Assembly: GCA_964617695.1 (NCBI GenBank)
Contig: CAZTYW010000005.1
Location: forward strand, 1-57,303
Reading direction: 5' to 3'
Source: an uncultured Dehalococcoidia bacterium
GTDB taxonomy: Bacteria; Chloroflexota; Dehalococcoidia; UBA2247; RBG-13-53-26
DNA: 57,303 nucleotides
Part shown: positions 49,828 to 57,303 of the stretch, piece by piece
Layout: the number at the start of each line of letters is the position of its first letter
Numbering within the stretch: position 1 is the stretch's first letter
The notes under the pieces: generated by a model
What the model saw: the letters and a program-made list of their open reading frames with translations, nothing else
Database searches by the model: none
What the model was told of the DNA's origin: nothing
Translations under genes and position numbers: made by a program

Positions 49828-51252
49828 TTGGCGACCTACAGCAGACAGGCAGTTCGGAACCACGTCTTCTATGAGGTCACGCGCAGTCTGTGTCCCGAAT
49901 GTCGACAGGTGATAGATGCCCAGGTGCTCATTCGCGATGGTGCTGTCTATCTGCGCAAGTATTGTCAGAACCATGGCTGGCATGAAGCCCTGTTGTCCTC
50001 TGATGCGGAATGGTACCTGAGCTCGCTCAAGTATAACAAGCCGGGGGCCATCCCCTACGACTTTGCCACGTCGGTCAGAGAGGGCTGTCCCTTCGACTGT
50101 GGCCTATGCCCTGAGCATCAGCAGCACACGTGCATCGGTATTGTTGAGATCACCGGACGATGCAATCTGCGTTGCCCTACCTGTTTTGCAGATGCTGGTG
50201 AAGGTCCCGACGTCAGCCTGCCCCAAGTCCAAAGGATGCTCGCCAGGCTGAGTGAAACAGAGGGCCGTCCGGAAGTCGTGCAGATCAGTGGCGGCGAACC
50301 GACCATTCACCCGCAGTTGCTGGATATCCTGGGTGCTGCCAAGGCGGGAGGCTTTTCCCTGGTGTTGCTCAACACCAACGGGCTACGGCTGGCTGAAGAG
50401 CCCGACTTTGTCCGCCAACTGGCCAGCTACCGGCTAGCTGCATACCTCCAGTTCGATGGGGTCACGGCTCAAACCTACAAGACGCTCCGCGGCCGCGACC
50501 TGCGTGCCATCAAACAGCAGGCACTCGACCGCCTGGCCGAGGCCGGGCTTTATGCCATACTGGTTGCCACCATAGTCAAAGGTGTGAATGACGGCGAGAT
50601 CGGCGACATTCTGCGCTACGGATTAGAACACCCAGTTGTGCTCGGCGTGAACTACCAGCCTGTCACCTATGCTGGCCGCTGTCTGGGTCATCATGACCCG
50701 CTCCACCGCGTCACAGTACCCGACGTGCTTCATGCCCTGGAAGTGCAAACAGAGGGTCTATTCCAGGTCAGCGACTTCCGGCCGCTGCCGTGTCCCCACC
50801 CCAGTTGTTCGGCCTGCACCGTCGCTTTTCTGGATGGGCAACAGGTGATTCCCATCCCACGCGTCATAAATGTGGATGACTATCTGGATTTTCTCACTAA
50901 CAGCGCTGGGCCGGAGGTGTTTGCTGAACTTGCTACATCGCTGGAAGAGCTGTGGAGCATGGCAGCGGTAATGGGCAGCAGCAAAACTATGGATGCCCTG
51001 AACTGCGTCGCCTGCGGCATGGACATGGCGCTTCCCTCCAATCTCAGCCTGTCGCCCGAGAATTTCTTTATCATCCAGGTTCATGGCTTCATGGATGAGC
51101 ATACCTTCGACCTCAAGCGACTGATGAAGTGCTGCGTACACGAGTTCCTACCGGATGGCCGGGCGGTGCCGTTCTGCGCCTATAACAACCTGGGCTACCG
51201 GGAGCGCATGAAGCAAGGGCAGGGGCCGAAAGTTGAACAACAGGACAGATGA
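49828..51252 (+). CDS. Radical SAM enzyme, Tes/GDGT-MAS (MJ0619-like) family
   Basis: N-terminal CPEC...CQNH, CPFDCGLCPEH, CNLRCPTC (CxxxCxxC), SGGEPT, NTNG, YLQFDG, C-terminal CPHPSC, FMD...CCVH and PFCAYN. Confidence 0.9.
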   Translation: MATYSRQAVRNHVFYEVTRSLCPECRQVIDAQVLIRDGAVYLRKYCQNHGWHEALLSSDAEWYLSSLKYNKPGAIPYDFATSVREGCPFDCGLCPEHQQHTCIGIVEITGRCNLRCPTCFADAGEGPDVSLPQVQRMLARLSETEGRPEVVQISGGEPTIHPQLLDILGAAKAGGFSLVLLNTNGLRLAEEPDFVRQLASYRLAAYLQFDGVTAQTYKTLRGRDLRAIKQQALDRLAEAGLYAILVATIVKGVNDGEIGDILRYGLEHPVVLGVNYQPVTYAGRCLGHHDPLHRVTVPDVLHALEVQTEGLFQVSDFRPLPCPHPSCSACTVAFLDGQQVIPIPRVINVDDYLDFLTNSAGPEVFAELATSLEELWSMAAVMGSSKTMDALNCVACGMDMALPSNLSLSPENFFIIQVHGFMDEHTFDLKRLMKCCVHEFLPDGRAVPFCAYNNLGYRERMKQGQGPKVEQQDR

Positions 51253-52030
51253 TCAGCAGATCAACGTCTGCTGCGCCACTTTCTACGAGAGCGACGTCGT
51301 CCGGATACTGCTTGGCGACGTGCTGCACCCCGGTGGCCTGGCGCTGACTCATCGTTTGGGGGAGGTGGTGGGACTGAGTGAGAAGGATCGCGTACTCGAT
51401 GTCGCCTGTGGTCGTGGTGCATCAGCCGTCTACCTCGCACGATCATTTGGCTGCCACGTCACCGGAGTGGATTATGGCCCGCAGAACGTTGCCGCAGCTG
51501 AAGCACACGGGCGCGACCAGCGTATGGCCCAGCTGACCTCTTTCCGACTCGGTGATGCTGAAGGGCTGCCCTTCGACGATGGCACTTTCGACGTGCTGAT
51601 TTCCGAGTGCAGCTTCTGTACTTTCCCAAACAAGAGGATGGCTGCCGCGGAGATGGCACGGGTGCTTTCCACGCGCGGGCGGCTTGGCCTGACCGACATG
51701 ACCGTCAACGGGCCACTGCCTGATGACATCCAGTCTCTTCTGGCCTGGGTTGCCTGTGTGGCTGGAGCTGGAACCCCTTCTGATTACCAGTCGGTGCTTG
51801 AGGGCGCCGGATTTGATGGTGTAGTCGTGGAGGATCACAGGGCCGCTTTGTTGGATATGGTGAATCGAGTGCGCCGCAAGCTGTTGGCTGTAGAGCTGGC
51901 CGCCGGCCTAGGCAAGCTCGACCTGGGGGATATTGACCTCAGCGTGGCCAAGAGCCTAGCACGCCGCGCCCTTGAGCTGATCGAGGGGCGGGTGGCGGGC
52001 TATACACTCATCGCAGCGAAAAAAGTGTGA
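51233..52030 (+). CDS. Class I SAM-dependent methyltransferase with ArsM-like cysteines
   Basis: HPGG, LDVACGRG and GDAEGLPF motifs; Cys motifs VCCA, ISECSFC and WVACVAGA. Overlaps the radical SAM stop. Confidence 0.88.
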   Translation: MNNRTDDQQINVCCATFYESDVVRILLGDVLHPGGLALTHRLGEVVGLSEKDRVLDVACGRGASAVYLARSFGCHVTGVDYGPQNVAAAEAHGRDQRMAQLTSFRLGDAEGLPFDDGTFDVLISECSFCTFPNKRMAAAEMARVLSTRGRLGLTDMTVNGPLPDDIQSLLAWVACVAGAGTPSDYQSVLEGAGFDGVVVEDHRAALLDMVNRVRRKLLAVELAAGLGKLDLGDIDLSVAKSLARRALELIEGRVAGYTLIAAKKV

Positions 52031-52188
52031 GCAGAAGTGGCTCATTTCTCGATTTCGGCTCTAAGATAGCAGGTTTGAAGGTGAGGGTTCTAGGCGAGCA
52101 TGCGTTGGAAATGTTGAAAACGGCCCCCAATGGCAGGCCTGGCTGTCACATTCTGGGTGCATTGCTACGGCGTGGGTGGAAGTCGTTT

Positions 52189-53018
52189 ATGGACAAGGCG
52201 CTGGAAGTTTGGTGGGTGTTGCCGGCTGCCATTGGCATTGCCACCATCGCACTATCCAGCGGCATCAGTGGGGCGCTGTTCTTCAGTCCCTTCTTTCTTT
52301 TGGCAGTGGGCCTTGAGCCCGCTCAGGCGATCGGTGCCGGGCTAATCACTGAATTGTTCGGCACGACCTCCGGCATTTTCAACTATATTCGCCAGCGCGT
52401 TATTGACTACCAGACTGTGCGATTCTTAGCGGCCGCTGCTGTACCTGCTGCCGTTGCTGGAGCATTCCTGGCACACAGAGTCGAGGCGGGGATTCTGCAA
52501 ATCGTTTTCGGGACGGCGCTGCTGGTACTGGCAGCGATAGTCCTATACCATAGCGCCCAGAAGGGCAAGCCCCCGACCGGGAGAATCCTGGATCAGGCAA
52601 GGAACATGACGGTCATCCAGGCCAGCGATGGTAATACATACTCATATCGTACATGCAATCGCTCTATCGGGGTCCCATTGGCTGGCGTAGGTGGGCTGCT
52701 GACCGGGCTGATGACCGCAGGGCTGCCAGAAATCACTACTACCCAGCTTATGCTGCGTTGTCGGATACCACCCCGGGTTGCTGTGGCCACTGCCATCTTT
52801 GTTCTTACCGTGACGGTCTTTTTTGCTGCTGGAGTTCATGCCCTGACTGCTGAACCAGCGTGGTACGTCGTTGTCTGGTCTATACCGGGAGTCATCATAG
52901 GGGCTCAATAGCCCCCAGGCTTGAGGGCAAGGTACCTCCGGCCATTGCAGAGCGGGTTCTGGGAGTCCTTTTCCTTGGCATAGGAGTGCTGGTGGTTGTG
53001 ATGCAGGTTAGAGGCTAG
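52189..53018 (+). pseudogene. TauE/SafE (TSUP) exporter with a 1-bp frameshift near the 3' end
   Basis: SSGISGALFFSP, AVATA and WSIPGVIIGAQ, then TAG at 52909. Shifting frame at 52905-52908 restores IAPRLEGKVPPAIAERVLGVLFLGIGVLVVVMQVRG* ending at 53018. Confidence 0.8.
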
Positions 53019-53289
53019 GTGTGACCGGTTGCCAAAAAGCTTCGCGCATTGCATTGTTCGTAATAGAAATGCACGCAGAGGAGGGGAAGCGGTACAAGAA
53101 TCCATTGAGCTGGCAGTGCCCGCGGCTGTCATGACACAGTCACTGCAGGTGCGGCTCAGGTCCCGGCAGATTCGTCCCTTTAGTGCCAGGCTGCTCGCAG
53201 CCCCGAGAAATCACTTTGGAGGCCATGCTGTGAAGGAGACCAGGTAGCAAACCGTGGCGTGAAGATAGACGAAGTGGAGAGGGGGTGGC

Positions 53290-53619
53290 ATGCTTGCCGT
53301 AGGAATAGCATGGGGTGAAGAGGGTGTACATGCTCTGGAGATTCCGGAGCCAAGAATCGGACAACCAGACGAGGTACTGGTACGGGTCAAGGAGGCGGGT
53401 CTTGATGACACTGACTTCAACATGATCCGCCATAGGTTGCAGGACATCGCCCAGGGTGGCAATGAGATGGCCCTGGGCGACATTGGCAAGATCAATGCTC
53501 GTTTTGATGGCCTGCTGACCGAGATGATAACCCATCGCTACCGTCTGGAAGACTTCCAGCAGGCCTTTGATGGCGGTGACCCAAAGCATATCAAGACTGT
53601 GATCGAAGTGGAAGCTTGA
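53290..53619 (+). pseudogene. Internally deleted zinc-dependent glucose 1-dehydrogenase-like MDR
   Basis: N-terminal EVLVRVKEAGLDDTD...MALG is joined in frame to a C-terminal ITHRYRLEDFQQAF...IKTVIEV. The GHE motif and the whole NAD-binding domain are absent. Confidence 0.75.
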
Positions 53620-53759
53620 TGCAAGGAGTGTATTTGCAGAAAGCGACTCTCGCCTTTCGAGGTGTTGTATGTGCAGGTGGGCGGGTTTTGCCAAGTCAAA
53701 GTTGACCCTCGATTGTTTGAGGACATCGCAGGCTCAGCGTCCCGGGGAGGAGGTAAATC

Positions 53760-54464
53760 ATGCCATCGGATGAGAAGGGGACTGCTTCCCGCTCGCTGGC
53801 GAAGCGGAAAGGCCTATCCACTGCTTCATCTGGCGCTGGCTGGATTGACATATCTACCCCGGTTCGTAATGGGATGGTGCATTGGCCGAGTGACCCGTCA
53901 ATCCAAATCGAGCGCACGAGCGATATGGAGCGCGGAGCTAGTGCCAATGTATCAAGGATTTCAATGGGTTCACACACGGGCACGCACATGGATGCCCCTC
54001 TTCACTTCATCCCTGGGGGCGAAGGCATCGACAATATGTCACTCGATACAACAATAGGGCGAGCCCGCGTGGTTGAGATACAAGATACCCAATCCATCAA
54101 ACCTGAAGAACTCGTCAAGCACCGCATCCGGCGGGGAGAGCGAATACTATTGAAGACGCGCAACTCTCTACGCAACTGGAGCGCTCAGGCTTTCATCGAG
54201 GATTTCGTGTTCGTATCCAAGGAGGCGGCGCATTTCCTGGCAAGGCGCAGAGTCAGACTTGTTGGCGTAGATTACCTCTCCGTCGGAGGCTACAAACGTA
54301 ACGGAGCCGAAATACACCAGATACTGCTCAATGCGGGTGTCTGGATCATAGAGGGTCTCGATCTTTCGGGGGTAGAGCCGGGGAAGTATCATCTCGTTTG
54401 CCTGCCGCTGAAGCTTGTCGATGCGGACGGGGCTCCTGCCCGGGCAGTTCTGAGGCCCATTTGA
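53760..54464 (+). CDS. Cyclase family protein (kynurenine formamidase-like)
   Basis: HTGTHMDAPLHF, GVDYLS, IIEGL and DGAPARAV motifs. Confidence 0.92.
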   Translation: MPSDEKGTASRSLAKRKGLSTASSGAGWIDISTPVRNGMVHWPSDPSIQIERTSDMERGASANVSRISMGSHTGTHMDAPLHFIPGGEGIDNMSLDTTIGRARVVEIQDTQSIKPEELVKHRIRRGERILLKTRNSLRNWSAQAFIEDFVFVSKEAAHFLARRRVRLVGVDYLSVGGYKRNGAEIHQILLNAGVWIIEGLDLSGVEPGKYHLVCLPLKLVDADGAPARAVLRPI

Positions 54465-54500
54465 GCGCATGAAGCAAGAACCGAAGGAGGAGGTGGCCAA

Positions 54501-55487
54501 ATGAAAGAGATCAGGCGAGAGTTCGGCGTAGTGGGTCTGGGGCGTATGGGGGCAAACCTTTCTCTCCAGGCCCTGGAGAAAGGCATGCGAGTAGTTGGTT
54601 TCGACATCAAAGGAGTCCCGGAGGAACTAACAAACGCAGGCATGGTGAGCATCGATAGCCTCAGCGGTTTTCGTGAACAGTTGTCGCCCCCACGACCGAT
54701 TTTAGTCTACATACCGGCCGGACCTATTGTTGACAGGGTCATAGATGACCTCGTCCCACATCTGGAAAGAGGCGATGTTGTTGTAGACAGCGGCAACTCC
54801 TATTGGGGCGACTCCATTCGTCGCTATCGCAGACTTCGGGACAGGCAGCTCCAATTCGTGGACCTAGGAACCAGCGGGGGCGTCGAAGGTGCACGCCACG
54901 GTGCATGCTTTATGGTTGGCGGTGATAGAGAACCTGTTGCCCGTATTGAGCCATTACTGCTGGAGCTTGCCACTCCTGGCGGCTACGTTCATGCTGGACC
55001 GCCCGGTGCCGGACATTTCACGAAGCTTGTCCACAACGGAATCGAGTTCGGAATGCTACAGGCAATTGGCGAGGGCATCGACCTTTTGGAGAAATACAAA
55101 GATACCGTCAACATTCCCGAGGTCCTCAGTTGCTGGCGTCATGGTTCGGTCATTCGTTCATGGTTGATTGACCTGATAGAAGCGGCGTACAGGGCCGAAG
55201 GAGGGCTTGAGAAGATTCCGGCGTATGTTGAGGATACGGGAGAGGTCAACTGGCTGGTAAACGACGCACTACACATGGAGGTGCCAATACCGGTGATTTC
55301 TCAGTCTGTAATGCAGCTTTTTGCCTCTCGCGATGACCGGAAGAACTGGGCTCGAGCCATAGCTATGATGCGCCACGGATTTGGGGGACACCCATACGGC
55401 AGGGACGAGTCTATAGTCCGGGAGCGGCAGGAGGGACGGATTGGCGACTTCCTTCGCAGCGGATTTGAGAAAGACAAACAAGAGTGA
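54501..55487 (+). CDS. gnd: Short-type decarboxylating 6-phosphogluconate dehydrogenase
   Basis: GLGRMG, DSGNS, GTSGG, KLVHNGIEFG and AMMRHGFGGH motifs. Confidence 0.9.
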   Translation: MKEIRREFGVVGLGRMGANLSLQALEKGMRVVGFDIKGVPEELTNAGMVSIDSLSGFREQLSPPRPILVYIPAGPIVDRVIDDLVPHLERGDVVVDSGNSYWGDSIRRYRRLRDRQLQFVDLGTSGGVEGARHGACFMVGGDREPVARIEPLLLELATPGGYVHAGPPGAGHFTKLVHNGIEFGMLQAIGEGIDLLEKYKDTVNIPEVLSCWRHGSVIRSWLIDLIEAAYRAEGGLEKIPAYVEDTGEVNWLVNDALHMEVPIPVISQSVMQLFASRDDRKNWARAIAMMRHGFGGHPYGRDESIVRERQEGRIGDFLRSGFEKDKQE

Positions 55488-55634
55488 GATTGACACTCTG
55501 GATACGGTGGTTGAGAAGGCTCATGCCGCCACGGCCTGGGCTGGCCTGGTTTGACTAAGCGCTCGATCGTGTAGGCGTGAAGACTACTGTGTGAGTCAGA
55601 TGGAGATGCTTTTGCTCGGAAGGAGACTACCTCG

Positions 55635-57303
55635 TTGCCCCAGAAAAACCCTCCTGGTACGAAAGGAGGCACCATTAACGCCGAACAGAAGCGATTGAAG
55701 GCCCAGCGCGAGGGCAGGGAGAACTGGAGACTGTGGGGACCCTACCTGGCCGAACGTGCCTGGGGCACAGTGCGCGAGGACTACAGCACGTCCGGGACAG
55801 CCTGGGAGTATTTTCCTCATGACCACGCGCGCTCGCGCGTCTATCGATGGAATGAGGACGGCCTGGGAGGTATCTGCGACGAAGAACAGCGCCTTTGTCT
55901 GGCGCTGTCGCTATGGAATGGCCGCGATCCGATTCTCAAGGAGCGTGCTTATGGCCTGTCCAATCATGAAGGCAGTCACGGTGAGGATGTCAAGGAGTAC
56001 TACTTCTATCCGGAGGCTACGCCGAGCCACGGCTACCTGAGGTATGTCTACAAATATCCGCAGGCCGAGTACCCCTATGACCTTCTTCTGGAAGAGAACA
56101 GCCGGAGAACCCGTCAAGATGCGCCCTTCAGCCTTCTCGGCTGCGGCGTGTTTGACGGCAACCGATATTGGGATGTGGAGGTCGAGTATGCCAAGGCTGA
56201 CCCAGAGACAATTCTGGTCAGGATCACTGCCCGGAACCGCGGACCAGAAGCTGCAATTCTCCATCTGGTGCCGACACTGTGGTTTAGAAACACCTGGTCG
56301 TGGGGAGAGGCCGCTGTCGAAAGACCCGGGCTTGCTTCTGCAGATCCTCCCGGCGGGGCAGCATGGATGATCATGGCCAAACATCCCACTCTCGGCACCT
56401 ATCATTTCCTGGGGAAACGTCCTGCTGAGCTGCTATTCACGGAAAACGAGACCAACTTCGAACGCTTGTGGGGAGTCCCGAACGGCACGCCCTACGTGAA
56501 GGACGCCGTCAATCGCCGTATTGTCCACGGAGAGGAGTCTGCCGTCAATCCGAAGAAGGAAGGGACCAAATTCGCTGCCTGGAGCAGATTCGAGGTGGGG
56601 GCGGGCGACCACGTACAGATGGACCTGCTGCTCACTGCCGGGGTTGCAGAATCCCCATTCCAGGATTTCGAGAAGGTCATGGCGGCCCGGCGCTCCGAAG
56701 CACAGGCGTTCTGCTCCGAAATGCTGCCTGGAGCCCCCGAGGAAGACATCGGCATCTTCCGCAGCGCCATCGCGGGTATGATATGGAACAAGCAATTCTA
56801 CCACTACGATGTGGACCGCTGGCTGGACGGAGACCTGCTGCGGCCACCCATAGACCGAAGATCAGGCCGGAACTACCTGTGGCGCCACCTCAAGGCTACT
56901 GACATCATTTCCATGCCTGACACCTGGGAATACCCCTGGTTTGCAGCCTGGGACTTGGCGTTCCACTGCGCTGCCCTGACCCTTGCGGACATAGACTTTG
57001 CCAAGGAGCAACTGGAGTTGCTCCTCAAGCAGAGATACATGCATCCCAATGGCCAGATACCCGGGTACGAATGGGGTTTTGGCGATGCAAACCCACCTTT
57101 GCAGGCCTGGGCTGCTCTGGAGTGTTTCCGTGCCGAGAGCGAGCAGCGAGGAAGTGGTGACTTTCATTTTCTGCGACGGGTATTCAACAAGCTCCTCCTG
57201 AACTATGGCTGGTGGCTCAATCGAAAGGACCCCGAAAACCGCAATGTGTTTGAAGGGGGATTCATGGGGATGGACAATGTCTCTGTCTATGACCGCTCCC
57301 GGC
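55635..57303 (+). CDS. MGH1-like / GH63-like glycoside hydrolase, 5' part (runs off the right edge; not in the ORF track)
   Basis: Hand-translated open frame from TTG 55635 with no stop before the window end: WGPYLAERAWGTVREDYS, HDHARSRVYRWNEDG, GEDVKEYYFY, SMPDTWEYPWFAAWDLAFH, HPNGQIPGYEW, FEGGFMGMDN. Confidence 0.9.
   Translation, partial: MPQKNPPGTKGGTINAEQKRLKAQREGRENWRLWGPYLAERAWGTVREDYSTSGTAWEYFPHDHARSRVYRWNEDGLGGICDEEQRLCLALSLWNGRDPILKERAYGLSNHEGSHGEDVKEYYFYPEATPSHGYLRYVYKYPQAEYPYDLLLEENSRRTRQDAPFSLLGCGVFDGNRYWDVEVEYAKADPETILVRITARNRGPEAAILHLVPTLWFRNTWSWGEAAVERPGLASADPPGGAAWMIMAKHPTLGTYHFLGKRPAELLFTENETNFERLWGVPNGTPYVKDAVNRRIVHGEESAVNPKKEGTKFAAWSRFEVGAGDHVQMDLLLTAGVAESPFQDFEKVMAARRSEAQAFCSEMLPGAPEEDIGIFRSAIAGMIWNKQFYHYDVDRWLDGDLLRPPIDRRSGRNYLWRHLKATDIISMPDTWEYPWFAAWDLAFHCAALTLADIDFAKEQLELLLKQRYMHPNGQIPGYEWGFGDANPPLQAWAALECFRAESEQRGSGDFHFLRRVFNKLLLNYGWWLNRKDPENRNVFEGGFMGMDNVSVYDRSR

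Noticed and set aside
49828-51252. Direct call as tetraether lipid synthase or ArsS
   Set aside because: The family resemblance is to Tes, but key residues appear changed. ArsS is a different radical SAM subfamily. Function cannot be assigned from motifs.
52909-52911. TAG as possible pyrrolysine read-through in the TSUP gene
   Set aside because: The homologous continuation is in a different frame, so this is a frameshift and not read-through.
55674-55676. ATT start codon after a strong AGGAGG for the glycosidase
   Set aside because: An in-frame TTG at 55635 with its own AAGGAG explains the gene without a rare start. Not fully excluded.

Overview
Chromosomal window from a GC-rich anaerobe, most likely class Dehalococcoidia (Chloroflexota). 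This assignment is inferred by eye from 16S signatures and gene content; no database search was run. Left to right it holds: the 5' third of a 16S rRNA gene with its promoter; tldD/pmbA; three tandem SDR paralogues with a MaoC-type dehydratase pair; fixC-fixX-fixA-fixB plus an acyl-CoA dehydrogenase; an accessory patch (RAYT transposase carrying a REP palindrome inside its own ORF, an AT-richer HhH/OGG-like gene, palindromic repeats); pyrD-prfA-prmC; an MBL hydrolase/rtcA/DRG-type GTPase group; a lipid-catabolic run (hypothetical, phosphotransferase-SCP2 fusion, CoA ligase, SDR) downstream of a c-di-GMP-I riboswitch; an ABC exporter; acs; CIRCE-hrcA-grpE-dnaK; and tRNA-Pro(GGG). After the tRNA lies an island-like region. 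Its core is a flavoprotein disulfide reductase, a tetraether-lipid-synthase (Tes/GDGT-MAS)-family radical SAM enzyme with apparently altered catalytic residues, an ArsM-like Cys-containing methyltransferase and a frameshifted TauE/SafE exporter. A partly decayed sugar-oxidation cluster follows. The radical SAM/methyltransferase module is the best candidate for an undescribed system. All family assignments come from motif recognition.
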